DNA from: Diadema antillarum
Lineage: Eukaryota
Assembly: GCF_040938485.1 (NCBI RefSeq)
Contig: NW_027272576.1
Coordinates: 124,001-188,000 of the forward strand
DNA: 64,000 nt
Direction of reading: 5' to 3'
How positions within the stretch are numbered: position 1 is the stretch's first letter; every line of letters starts with the position of its first letter. The position numbers and the translations under genes are program-made. Shown in pieces: positions 27,501 through 42,428 of the stretch. The notes beneath the pieces were generated by a model that did not search any database, was not told the DNA's origin, and saw only the letters and a list, made by a program, of their open reading frames with translations.

Positions 27501-30500
27501 CACTCATCTTCTCCATTTTGCACTTTAAATTTCTATACACGAATTTGATAAGTTAGTGATACAGGATACGGGAATAAGCAGTTTTTGATGGAGGGGGGGG
27601 GGTAGCGTGGTGATGTTCACCCTCGAAAACCAGTATTTAATAACTTAACATGAAAATTAATGGCATCTTTTTAATGATAATTAATTTTATAATATCTTTT
27701 GACTAAAACTCTCTTTTTTTACTGCTTGTAACTGATTCCTCGGAAGGCATGGAAATACTTTTAGGAAACTTTATGTCAAGACACGAACCGCTTGATCAGT
27801 TCTTTAATTTGGAAAGCACCAATGATTTGAATACCCCGCAACCCTGTAGAACAGAAAAAAACACACACACAATCCTGGCTTCACTTGCGAAGTGAAATGT
27901 ATACACTCAGACGAAAACGAGTTCACAAATTCACCTTTGGTGTATACCTTCCCTCAGTACAAACTGAAACTTTCTGAGACATTCCCCAGACTACCATACC
28001 TCACTGTCTTCTGCGATGACCCATGTCGACCTTGTTTTTGACCTTGTGCCCGATCGCTCAGATGCTCTGTTTTTTTCTCTATACCATGCGCAGATGCCTG
28101 GATCATATCCGGCGGCACGTACGCCGGTGTGATGAAGTACGTCGGGGAGGCTGTCCGAGACTTCGGTATAGACGCCGCGATGAAAGTGGTAGCCATAGGG
28201 ATAGCTACTTGGGGCATTATCGACCACCGGCACGAACTACTGTCCCATCTGCAGGTTTGTGTTGGGTTCCTTGCCCGGGATCTCACGCGGTTCGAACTGA
28301 CGCGCAATATCGAGTGTCACTCAAAGAGGTTTTACACCACCCCTATAAAATCTCTTTGGTGCCACTGTACTGGATATGCTAAGGGCATCACAGACCATGT
28401 CCCAAGACCCTTACAATCCTTTTAAATTTACTTTCTGTTTATATTAATTGTATTCGCGTTCTGAATTTCATTAGTACACTACTAGGAGGAAAGATGACAG
28501 TTTTCAAGATTTTTGGCCTTCTGCAAGGCTTAATGACGGAACAATCATTTCCAACGTCACTGACATTCATAGGGAATTGTATTTCGTTGTTCATTTTCTT
28601 TTAATCCCATAATATTTGAATTTACTCTTGTGAACCAAATTACTCATGGTGTCATTTTCACAGGAAATACACAATGTGGAGCAAATAGTCATTCATTCTA
28701 TGAATACGACATACATTAACAACATGAATTAGTGAAGGGATGTGTATCTGCAGTAAATTTGGATTATTATGCTGATGAATATCATGGCAGTATATAGAAC
28801 ATGAGAATCAAATTCTGTGATGCACACTTAGTTGAAATAAAGATCACTAAGGGGTTCGAACATGTATACGACAAACCATCTGAAACAATAATATTGCCTC
28901 GGGTGGATTTCTGACATAAGTTCAGACATAATATAGCTCTTAAGACAAGGGACACGATTTGAACCAACGGTCTGCACAGTCCGTTCCAATCCCACTAAGT
29001 AAGCTGCCCCCAGGAAAAGTAGTGGATACCGTCGCAGGGGCGGATCCAGGAATTCTGTAAAGGGAAGGAGACTTTTTGTCATTAAAGGGGGCGCACACCC
29101 CCACCCCCCCCCCCCCGTTTTATGTCTTTCGGAACGCAACGTGCGAGAAAGCCGTCGTATTTATTGTGGGCAGATCAAGTTAACTTCATCGTCATAATAA
29201 TGATGTTGAAGATAATAACTGATTATAAAATGGGTTCAAGAATGTAGCCAATTGGAAGCGCTGAAATGAGTTACGTGTGCGTGCATTAATTTTTACGATC
29301 ATGCACGGCCTGACGTCACAATGTTTACACTAGCAGTGCGCACACAATCAGTTGTTACAAGTGCGTCACGCGCTACTATACGCGCTGTCAATCCTGTAAA
29401 CAACTTCTAGTTCGGGCTGCCAGCCGGCCTTTCTTGTGCATAACATGTGGCGTACGTATACTCTTATACGTACAGTACTTATATGTGCGGGATTTCCGAG
29501 TGGGACGTGCGTAAATGTTTGGGTCGAACATCTTCGAACATTTTGACTTTTGAGCGAGTGCTACATGTAGCTGACTGGTATTGACCCACAAAGGTGCGTG
29601 AAAAATGCTGTTAGTTTTCGACCCATTTTATAAAACAAATGATGCACAGGATTATTTCGTGGCGTTAGTGAAGGTGCGGCGCACTCGAGAGTATTGACAA
29701 TGGTGCAACATGCACGAGGCGCACGCACTCTATCCTGTACATCATTTGTATATAATTACTGTTATCATTTTCGATTGGCTGTCATTGATATTACTAAGCT
29801 GTTTATGGTACTTGTTATGAGTATAATTATTACTGTAATTGTTATTATTGTTATTATTATTATCATGATGATTATCATTAATATTATTCATTGTTATCAT
29901 GATAAATGTCATTATCATGACCATTTTAAATGGGAATAATAAAAATAGTAATAATAATTATTAGTAGTAGTAGTAGCAGTAGTAGTGATAGTAGTTGTAT
30001 CATCATCATCATCATTATCATTATAATTGTCATTATTGTCATTTTCATCATCACTTTGAATCCGGGAAAAAACAGAATCACTGCTCACCTGAAGAGCTAG
30101 ACGGGGATGACGCCAAACTGAGCAGCTGCGACCCGTTTGACTACGAGGTGAAGAGCTCGCGATCCCTAGATCCCAACCACACCCACTTCATCCTGGTAGA
30201 CAGCGGCAAGGAGGAGTTCGGTGGGGAAGTGGACCTACGGGGGCGTTTCATCGAGTATCTCGTCAAGCGCAGAAGCGTCAGTGAGTTGAACGCACGCTTT
30301 CGTTGCTTCCTTTCAAATTTTGGCGCGAATATTTTGCTTCTCACGTTGTTATCACCTCATGAATTTGCACATGTGAATTTTATGAATGTAGCTAATGTGT
30401 GAAAGACGATGAAAATTTCATTTGTTGGTTTACATATCCTATACCTTATGATGATACTTTTAGTGAAGCTGGAAAGTTAGTGTTTTGTCGAACTTACGAT

Positions 30501-30592
30501 TACTGCCTTTCAGCTTTGAAAGGTCTTTATTTCCTGCAATACTCCAGAATATTATGATGGTTACGTGACTTGCTTCCTCCATCGCCTTTCTA

Positions 30593-30628
<36 letters not shown>

Positions 30629-31313
30629 AATGTATATATGTGACCCTGCACCTCAAAACAAACAAAAAGTCGCCAGCCATGAATTTTTAGTGAAGACCAT
30701 ATTCTAAAAGAGTAGACTTTCAGCTTTAAAATGATGTATAACTCAAATCAAATGGACTCTCCTAACCTATCTGAATATTGGAAAGAAAACACAAACTCAG
30801 GAAAAATGTGAACTGAGAAAAGAGGCTCTGAAGTACAGTGTCTATTCAAGCGCTTAATCTTTACCAAACCGTACTGGCTGTGCGATGAATGGGACAAAAA
30901 ACAGGAAGTAAACCACCAGAGTAACAACAATGAAGGGATTATCAGATTAAACTGAAAGTAAGCATGCCTCATTAACACATTCTGTACATAATTAATGCCA
31001 ACTTTCAAAGCAGTAGTACTATCCTTTCAAAAGTTATTAGAGTTGAAAGTGAAGAGTGTGGACAAGGCTTTTCAGAAATGAAAAAGGGATTCTAAAGACA
31101 CACCTAATCACACTATTCTACCAAAAATGTTCGAGATAAACTGCTAAAAAAAAAACACTTTATGATACCAAATTTTAGCATAATGTAAAAGAAGACCCGC
31201 TCTTTCAGAAAATATGAAAAAGACAAGTTCGGCTAGGTTGACACATTTCACTTATTTTCAGTCCTCACGCAAAATCAGTGTGTGCGACTTTATGTTCATT
31301 TTGAAGTGCACGG

Positions 31314-31356
<43 letters not shown>

Positions 31357-34300
31357 GATATATCTATCACGTGACTGATGCAGAGTTCCACGTGTGTGTG
31401 CTCCTCGAGGGAGGACCGAACTCACTTAAGACGGTGCAGAGTGCCCTGGATTCCAACACACCCGTTGTGGTTATCAGAGGGACAGGACGAATAGCCGACG
31501 TGCTGGCTAGTGCTTACGATGCGCTGATGTGAGTGCATGGACAGTTTTGCAGCATCTATAAGGAAGAAATTCTCTCATTACAGGGATGATAGGTGGAGAC
31601 AAGGATTGGGCTTTTAACTTTTTGCGAAATACCAAGAAACCACTAATAAAATACTACAGAGCATACCAGTTTATTTGATGAAAATCGGTTTCGGAATGGC
31701 TGAGACATTAAAAAAACAGAGTAAAACAGCCATTTCAAAACCAATTTTCATCAAATTAATTTCGAATTCCTCTTGGAATCACATGCTTTTATCATATTCC
31801 AAGAGTGGTTTTCAATTACCTCACCCAAAAGTGTTAGAAATCCGAAGTTAGGTCTCAGCCCAAACTTTACGATGGCGATGTCACGAAGCTCTTCGTTATT
31901 TCTGTTGGTGTTTCGTATTAGTTTTCAACAATTATCTGCATTTATCTCTTTTTTATGGTGTGGGAAATAGTTTATGGTGCTATTCTTGTTATTATGCACT
32001 TCTTGTGAGTGTGCAATCCATACCTTCTTTCCAAAGTGCGGTGCAGTGCACACTGTTCTCCTGATATCTACTGATCTGTGGGTCTGTGTGGGTACTCCTT
32101 GCGCTCTCTATATATTCAGAAGCGTTCATTTATTATTACAAAATGTGAATTAATCTCCTAATTAGTCTCCACTTGAAAAAAACATATTCGAAGAGGTACA
32201 TGTGTCAATTTGACTTTCATTCAGCTGATAAGGATAGTTCATTGAACACAATATAAAATGTGTGTACGAAGGATATTGTAGTAAAAAAGAAAAGAAACAA
32301 CGCACACTTTGTCATGGTAACAAAAAAAAAGAAGAAGTAATCGTAAGAATAGAAAAGTGTGTTCCACTAAAAAGCCAAGCTTGTAAGGCATGGAACACTG
32401 GAATGAAAACAACAGCAACACCAATATACCAATAAAATATATTAGTACTACATTCATCTATGTAGCATTGTACAATTAATCATTGATATATCAAGAAATG
32501 GCTCCGACTGGAAAGATCTGGCTAGGAACAGGATACGGCAGTCGGAGGGCATGCAGAGAGACATGGACGTAGAGGGCTTCATCACCATCATGGAGAAATG
32601 TCTGGATCGCAAGGAGGCCTTGACGTTCTGCAAGCTGGATGACAGCACCGATCTGCCTGGAGTGATTTTGAACGCCCTTCTCAGAGGTAACGGTGTCATT
32701 GGTGTATCAGCAAGTCAGCAATGTGTGCATGCAACTTGGTATAGTGGATAGAGATGTGTAGTATTACGCAAAAGATTATGGGTTCAATTTCGGCCCGTTG
32801 TACATATTCAAGTTCAAGTTGCTTTATTTCATCTCCAACAAATCGAGGATACAAAGAAATGTTTGGGTATACAATTTAATGATGTCACAAAATCAGTACA
32901 ACAATACCATGAACATAAAAACATGTAATAAAGACAGAAATAGTTATTAACAGAGCTACAAATAAATGCTATATCATTATGGTTAACTCAGGAACAAATT
33001 TGTTGGAAATGGAGGCGACTGCTAAAAAAAAGCACTTGTAGTATGCAGTCCCTTAAAAAAGAAAAAGAAAAAGTCAAATGTCAAAACTTTAAGAAAAAGA
33101 GACAAGGCAATTTGCCTAAGAGATTGAAAAAAAGACGGAATAGTGCACACACACATGGACACACACGTAGACGTACATTAACAATCACGGAATAGCTCTC
33201 ATAAAGGAAGAAAAATAGATAGATAAAAAGATTACTGAGAAAGGTGTGGCTATGAAAAGACTGGAGTGGTCAGGAAAAGGGGGAAGAAAAAGGATATTTT
33301 GAACAAGATGTTGAAAATGTGCCTTTCATACACCTCCCTGATCCAGGTGTTGAAAAGGAGTCCTTAGCATTGCCGAGGTAATGATTGTAAGGAGATTCTG
33401 TTGGAGGGAGAGGGCAACATTGGTTAGCAAGACCTACTAGTCATTATTGCCATTAAATCTTGCAGAAAGGTTTAAATGCAGTTGATATTTTTGTCTTCTC
33501 TTTTCTCAGCGGCGAATGTGAACAGTAGGGACCAGCTGAAGATTGCCATGATATGGAACAGAGCAGAGGTGGCGAGAGAAAAACTTTTCAGTCACGGAAA
33601 GCAGTGGGATGTAAGTGTGCTGTCGTTGATGGCGTCACAGAGGGGCCTGTTGATTAGAGGATGCAGCAAAAATAAGCTTGTCATTTTTGTTGTTGTTGGT
33701 GTTGTTGTTGTTGTTGTTGTTCTTGTTCTTGTTTTATACTTTTTAGCTTAGATTTTACAGTTTAGGCATATTATTGCTTATTTGCGTGTCAGCAGTAATA
33801 CTTGGCAGTGAACATCATCAACTATGATACAATCCATAATACAATCTGAATGTCATAACATGAGGAAAAAGATCTGAAATAATGGAAAAGCAACAAAAGC
33901 ATGTCTGTGATGACCATCACTGTCAAAATCTATGGGGTGAATACTCTTTTAGTACCCATTTCCTGTGATTTCGATCCTACTGCATGTCTCACTATTTCCA
34001 TCTCCTTCGGGATGGTAATATGTACTCATTTCTTTTCATGTTCATGTTTCTTTGGCAGACCGAAGAGTTGAGGCCCTTCTTTCATGAAGCCATCTGCAAC
34101 AACCAAGTGGAGTTCATCCAACTCTTCTTGGAGCAGGACTTGTCGGTTCAGAAGTATCTCACTCAGTACGAGCTCACAAGTCTCTACAACGATGTAAATA
34201 TGACCTTTGATACCGGTTGCAAAGAGCTGCAATTATTTGGGAGTTAATTATAATCCAGCAAGGTCTGGCGCACTTCATTTGCGTTCTTTTACTACAAGAT

Positions 34301-37300
34301 CCAGATGATCCTTGCTAACTGAAAAGTTCGAAATTCTCGTCACGAGGTTTAACTTTAGCATTGCAGATTTACCGCTATCACGCTCTTTATTCTTGTCCTC
34401 TCCTTTTAAAGTGTTTTCCCCTTTCCTTCGAGAATCTATTCCTTAATCTGTATACTGTGAGTACTATTTCTCGTCACCAAGATGGTGTGATATCATCTTT
34501 TACTTTTTCACCCATAGCTGGATCCGAAGTCCTTTCTCTACCATCTTCTGCGCAAACATCGACCGAGCTCCAGGGTAAGATAATTCTGTGGTCTTAATGT
34601 ATAAGAACATTTCGGCCTCCCTGCCTGATCTTTGTCTGACCAACCAAGTTAATCATTTTTTATCTATAATATGGCAGCAACAGCTCGCATATTCACCTCG
34701 TACGCAACCATGTTATATATTAATTATTTATATATATTTTTTTGCTTAAACTGTTTATGATGACAAATCGACACTAAATCATTTTACTCCACAAGGCATG
34801 AGAGAGATCAGCATTGATAGAAGAAGACTATTCAATACAATAACAATTAATATGATAAAAATTTTGCTGCTACCGCTACTGCTACCACCTACTATACTGT
34901 TACTATTCTCCTGCTCTCCTATACCTTAGCTATTACTAGTCGTACTTTTCATAATAGTGATGATGATGTCAGTAATAGTAATGATATCAATGATAGAAAA
35001 AGATGAAAATGAAGAAGGAAAAGTAAGAATAGAGAAGGGGAAAATAGTATTAAGGTAAATTGTATACTCATACGTAGGTTATATTATGATATAATATGAT
35101 ATAATATAATATAATATAATATAATATAATATAATATAATATAATATAACATGATGTAATATAATATAATATAATTTAATATAATATAGTATAACATAAT
35201 GCAATATAATAGGACTGAAGTTCAGTTAAGGGCACAGTGTTTAAGGTTTGCATTGCATGTATGTTATTATTGCTAATCTGAATAACAATATTGATACCAG
35301 CAGAATGAAGTGGAAACCTTCCTCCGAACTTTCTTCATTTTCTTTCCTCGCTGTACAGACAACCTTCACTTTGTCTGATGTCAGTAAGCTGATCAAAACT
35401 CACACGTTTAGCGACTACAAGTTGATCCATCAACAATACAATCGGAATCGATACCGTCCCGATTTCCTGACAGCCCCCAAACCAACTGAGGAGGAGGAGG
35501 CCGAAGGAGGGCGTTACACTTCCCCGTCCATGATGCGTAAGTGCCTGACATTTTGAAGTAACCCCACAAAGAATGTTTCTCTCAACACGCCAATTAAAAG
35601 GCACTGGCTGAAAACGGATCATCGAAGATCATGTCATGGAAGATCATGCAACCATATCAATTATCCGTAACGTTTTGAATAACTGTTCCTCATCACTTTA
35701 GTCCATTTTGGGCCTCAAATAGCGGTCTCTGCCATGTAACTGAAATTGCTGCTTTTATGTCATTTCTTGAAAATATTTGGTTGGAGACACGAAGAAACTA
35801 TCTTTCTGTTTTTCGCTCAAGGCTTATTCCTTGTGGTGAAAAGCAAACAAACAAACAAACAAGCAAACAAACAAACGAACAAAACAAAAAAAACTATTCA
35901 GAATATGTTATACCAAGTCAATTAATTTTTTGTATCTTTTATACAGTTTGAGTGTCTTTTGCCTGCAATCGTCAGCATAAACTCCGCGTCACATTTCATG
36001 TATCTCCGTACATTAATATCTAAATTTGTACGAAATGTCTTTTTCTTATGTCCAAACTCAAATGAAGATAAACCTTTTTTTTAAACCTAGGTCGCTCTAA
36101 CAGCGATGCGAAGATGATGGGCTTCTCCTTCCCGTACCAGGAACTGTTCCTCTACGCGATTCTTCAAGACCGCTTCGAACTGGCCACACTGTTCTGGGAA
36201 AGATGCAAAGAGCCCATAGCCGCCGCCCTGACGGCCACCAACATCCTGAAGAACATCGCCTTCTCAAACGACCGGTACTTCCCCGACGAGTGCGCAGACA
36301 TGAAAAAGACCGCAGAGTGGGTGACATTATCATTACACTGTTAATCTCTCTACTTTCAGGTACCCCCTTCTCTCTCCTTCCGATTGTCTTGTTAAGTCCT
36401 ATGTTTAACGTAATGCATTTAATCTACTGCACATGTAAAATTATAGGTTGAAGTGACATTTTGTCGTTTTTCCTCCAGTTCCAATTAGAACTTCTATTTT
36501 TCTTATGTATCATGTTATCCCAAGTCGTTATCCGGGGAAGTGATGACATCATCAACTCACTCATTTTGTCGTTCGAATCAATTTATTGTTTGAGAATTGT
36601 TTTGCAAAATTGAGGGAAGTTTCAAAAAAATTTCCTTATTCAATTCAATTTTTCAATTCAATTCAAAGTTTATTTCATTTTTCGACAAAACATATAAGTT
36701 GCACTTCTTTAGACAACAGAGAATAAGGTAAACAGAACATTATGTATCGAAAAGAATGTGAAACAGCTGAGGAGGACCTTATAGTAATTATAGATTGTAG
36801 TAAAAAAAAACAGAAGTGATCGAAATAAGGTACATGTATAACTTTGCTTAAAGTGCGAAAAATGGAGGGACCCAATAAACAGACAGAGCTTGTAGAATGT
36901 GGGCCCCTCTGTAAAAATAACATCAATGGAAAAATTAATTGAAGCATCATAAATACAAAAGGAGAGGAAAAAAAGAGGAAGAAGTCTGGAAGCCCACTGA
37001 GAACTAGATTCACAGATAAATATACTTACTATCATAGACGTGAACAACATAGGACAAGACTAGACTAGACTATTCTTTATGATAAATTGTTCATCGTTGT
37101 GCTGATTTAATGATTAGTCTATTTCTAAATCAATTTATTTCTGGTCCAGATTTGTCCTTAAAGTGGTTGGTTTTCCATTTGTCTAATCCGCAGGAAGTTT
37201 GAGCAGATGGCAGTGCGCGTACTGGACGAGTGCCAGGACGAGAACGCGGCGACGACGGCCGAAGTGCTGACGGTGAATCGCCCCAACTGGGGGAAGGCTT

Positions 37301-40300
37301 CGTGCGTGAAGATCGGCTTCAGCGTGGAGAACCTGAAGTTCACTTCGCACACCAGCGTGCAGAACGTGCTCAACCGGATGTGGCTTGGGGAGATCTCGGC
37401 TACTGCTAGCTCATTTGTCGTGAGTGTTGTGTGATTATGGGCAGGTGCTGCATATACAGTGCTGTCGAAACAATTAATTTTGTCAGATCCTGGTAAAAAT
37501 TCCTCCAGTAGAAGCTCCTCAGAGTGACCATCATATCAGGTATCAATGTCAATATGGAAACGCTCATTCTTGGTGTCCTTTTAGATAAAATGGATACTTC
37601 ATTTTTCATCCCTCTTGCCTGGTATGGTAATAAAATGCGAAGACCATATCTGCATTGGCTATTAAGGAGAAACACACAACGCAATTACCATCTTAGGAAG
37701 TGCTGCAGATAATCCGTTTTATTGTAAAAATGCAAAGAAATTATTAGTCTATATGCCATCCAATTGGTAGAATGTATCCGTGTTTGCAAAGCGTTTTTCT
37801 AATTTCATAATAATATGTGTACAGGGGCGTATGCGAAGTGTGTGTGTGTCGCTGTGTGACATGCTGTTGTCATAACCATGCAGTAGTTTAAAAAGTTCAA
37901 ATTGTACGAAGTGATGTAGATATCTCATTGATGTATATAAAGAGTGTGTTCGCTGCTGTGTGTTTCCATATCTCTCAGTCTTTCTTCTGAATATTTAGAC
38001 ACTATGAACGGTGACTTTTTTTTTCTTTCTCTCTGTTTCACTTTAATTACTAGATCTGGCTGGCCCTTTTCTTTCCACCTGCGATATTCTTCGTTCAGTT
38101 CCGGCATGACGATAGGGAAGAACAGCATTACCAAGAGACAGAGTCTGATGATGTGAGGAAGAATTTTCAATGAATGCACGAGAAGAACAAACGTACCCCC
38201 TCAAAAACACACCCCCAACAAAAAACTCGCTATTATAATCTTGAAGTGTGAAATGTAGGCATTGTGAGCATGGTAAAGAGATAAAACTGTTCCAAGCTGT
38301 AATGTTTTGAGGCCGTTGTCCAAGTCAAGCGATTTGCTGATCGATAACGGTCTCCTTCACCTGTATACTTAAATATTTGTCACGAAATATATGTATTATT
38401 CTCATGATTATATATTTGTTATGATAGCTCTTGTTTATATTTTCATGACTTGTGAATATTTTCGATATTGTCATACTGGTTTTTTTTTTTATACAAGTGG
38501 AGAAATAAAACTTACTGAAACTGAAACTGAAGCTGGTATCTATTGCAATACCATCAATTACAATGCAGGCAGAAAAAAAAAACAACGTAGTAGGTGTCAA
38601 AAAAGATGAGTCTCCTGTATTTCCCATGCTGTTTAAATTGAGGAAATGAAAGTATAATGTTTCTGTATTTAAGCATAATTTACGCATATGTTTTGATGTT
38701 TTAACATTTATATCATCGTGTTATATCGCGGGTCCAAAGATGCATACAGTTTTCCCTATTGGGTATCTAAATCGGGGATGGGGATGGGGGTGGGGGCTAA
38801 GCATCCCCTGTGGTGTCGGATCCTGTGTTTGTTCCTAACAGTATGTGTATCTCTGCTATATATTCCGGCTGTGGGTGTATAGGATACGGAAAGCCAGGAA
38901 GGAGAGAGCGAAGCTCGGCCGCAGCAGAACCCCAGAGACTCGAAGCTTTCCCAAAGACGCTCCCTACTCAAGCAGAATTCCACAGATTGGGACGCTGGTG
39001 ATATCTGGTGAGGAACCCTTAAAAGGTCGCATAGCCCTGATAAGCAAAATACTGTTGTGATAGCCTTCAATTTGTAAAACCCTGTTGTGATGGCCTTAAT
39101 ATCTTGACCAATTGTTGTGATTTCCCTATAAATTTGTAGAATGCTGCTGCGATGGCTTTAATTTGCGGAACCGAACCTTCTTTGTGATAGCTTTAACTGG
39201 CATAGCATACCCTGTCACCTCGAAGAGGGGTTGACGCACTTTCGGTTGACAAGTCATGACAACTCATGCTGACATCGAATTAATCGCAACAAACGTTGTT
39301 ACGGTGTCAATATATGATTGGAAAGATCATACTTATTAGATTTTAATGTAGTGAGGTCTAATTACTAGCGCCCGGAAGTTATGAAAAAAAAATAGTATTA
39401 TGGGTTTTAACGAGCATCTTCAATGAACGCACCGGACAGATATGGGATATACTTATATGCTTCATATCACATGATACAAAAAATAGTGGTGATTCCCCAG
39501 CTTGTAGGGAGAAGACGCGGACGTTCCGCATCTTTAATCTTTTATCTTGCAGTACATGTATTTGCATTGATCATACAATTTTTTTTTTTACTGACTGTAT
39601 ATTTTCATAATGGGATATGAAGAAGGAGGGTAATTGATTTAAGATAGTGTTACAAATTTAAATGCAAAACTTGTTCAGTCGCCGTGGTTGATATGAAGTA
39701 TTGGGATGACATTCATGCCATGTTCCGCGGGCATGTTGTTTGCAGTTACATTTTCGTAGCCACGAAAACGGCACGATAGATATAAAGTGACATGCACAAG
39801 GCGCTATGTGATTATCCTTTCGGATGTTCTAGAATGCTTGTCAAGTTCATTTTCGACGCAGACAAAGATTCTTGGCTCTGTATGGACGAGTTGTTAGGTC
39901 CCTGCCTTTACTGTCAACCCTGGCCCCGGGGCCAGGCACCAGTAGCACGATATGATAGGAATCTCCATCGATGATATCTGTTAGGTTTTGTTCTAGTTTC
40001 TATGTTTGTTTTTAAATGTTCCTTCATCGCGGCAGTGCGACGAACCCGGAAGAAAACGAACCTCTCGAGTCTGTGTCCGAGGAGGAGTCTGACACGACAA
40101 TCAGAAGTCCAAGGAGAAAGCTTGGCTACTGTGCAAGAGTCTTTCACTTCTTCACTTCTCCCGTCGTCAAGTTCAATATGCATCTCGTGAGTATACGAAT
40201 AATCATCTGATGTAAAGCCGAAATGAGTCTCATTATCTTGCCAACTAATCAAAACGATGATGTAGTCTTCTTTATCCAAGGTATAGCCTCTTCTATGTTG

Positions 40301-42395
40301 CCACTGCTCTATATACCTGACTGGGTCCTGCCATTATAACTACCCTATCTTTGCCAGGTACCCGTTTATACACCTTGGTCGAGAGGGACATGGGTGAAAA
40401 CATAATGTTCAAGGATGAAGGCACTTAACGGGATTCGAACTCGGCACCTCCTATTGAAAGTTAGACGTCTTATCCACCAAGAAATAGTGCAACCACTTAA
40501 GACTCCGATTTTTTTTACTTTTATTTTTAAAGTAATTATAAGCTATTCATCTAGGGTTTCTAGAGATCATTCGTTGGCTATCGAGCAGAAGCTCGCTAGT
40601 CTAGTGGATATAACGCCTGTCTAGCAATCAGGAGGTCGTTGGTTCGAGTCCAACCCGAGGACGTAACTAAATGTCCATGATCTTTATCATGGCTACTGAA
40701 AACACTGAAAATCGGTCTTTGTTTACATTGATGAAGGGCATTTTGTCAACCATTCACAACAAGCAAGACTCGACGTAAGGAAGACTAAATCAAATATGAT
40801 AACTTGTTCTCAAATGTTATTTACGAATGTTGAACATAATGGTGATGTTTATATTGATGAGTGCTTTTGGATATTGTTATATCTTCTCTCTCTTTGTAGA
40901 TTTCCTATTTCGCGTTCTTGGGTCTGTTCAGTTACATCATGCTGTGTGACTTCCATGAAACCATATCAATCCCCGAGATTGTGCTCGTTGTTTGGGTGGG
41001 AACCCTATTCTTTGAGGAACTGAGACAGGTATTTCCACTTACTGATGATTAAAAGAAAAGTGTTTAGCAGAGATTAATATTTCCCTCCCTTGGACCAAAA
41101 TATTAGCTACACGTTTATGCATTAAATATTTATTAGTCCTTAATTGACTCGTGCCTCGAGGCACTTACTTTTCATGCAAAACTGACATAGTCTAACAAAC
41201 AAAGGTAAATGATCTTTTGGTCTAAAATTCAATTTATATCGCACCCGACATATCTTCCGTATATAGAATTTTGAAACTCCCGTATCTAGAATTTTGAAAC
41301 TTCCTTATCTGCCTATTCATTTCTGTTTTCAGCGTTTGCAAACCGATTCCATCACTTTCAAACCCCTTACTCACTTATGATTTAGATACAGATACTCGAA
41401 AAAGTATGGTATCAGCAAAGTGAGCCCGTTCGTAATGAGCACATTTCCTAAATTACCATTCATTCCTCATTCGGGTAGCCATTTCATTTTTTTTTTTGTA
41501 AAGCAAAATTATTCATAGGCTTGCCTGTAACCATGTATTTACGAAATTCATGTGCATCTGTATCTGTACCAATTTCCAAATACTAGGCTTTAATAAACAT
41601 TTTGTAGCAATCAGGTGGATTTCCTGGCGAACGCAATATATAAGGAATATCAAAGTGAATAATCATTACATCACAAATGCTTAATAAGTGAATTTGAAAA
41701 CCAACATGCTTGTTCAATCGCTAATCAGCTATTCTGAAGCTCCTGTGTAATCAAGTGGAACTACGAATCGGCTTATTTTTTTTTGTCTGCGTTCTTTGAC
41801 AGGTTGTACAGGCAGACAACTTTACTTTCCAAGGAAAAGTTCAGATCTGGTTTGGAGACTTTTGGAATCGCATCGACACCTTGAACCTAGTCCTGTTCTC
41901 CTTGGGTTTCACCCTGCGCTTCTTTCCCAATCTCAACGCAGCTCGGATCGTGCTGTGCTGTGATCTTATGTTCTTCTTCGTCCGCATGCTCAACTCGTTT
42001 CTCGTCGTCAAAAGCCTAGGACCCAAGCTTCTGATGATCGGAAAAATGGTAAGAACCCAGATGTTCGACACTGCATGCTCTGTCCCCCCCCCCCCCTCCC
42101 CCCAAAAAAGAAAAGATCAACAACGGAATCCTGGATGCAATCTGTATCGTCAGAACACTGGATTGTGGATGAAAGCTATAGATCTTGTATGGAGTGTGGA
42201 ACCATTTGTGTAAAACTCCCCATTCTGTCTCTCATTACAACATGGCCGGTTTGTTTGTTGCCATAACATTCCTGGCGTCTTTGGGATGATATCTGTCCTG
42301 GCAGAGTTAAATTAAGTTTAATGTTTATCCTTATTTGTACGAACATTATCTTGATTGTCATAACCGGAGTAGCGCACGTTCGCAAGACGTAGTCA

Positions 42396-42428
<33 letters not shown>

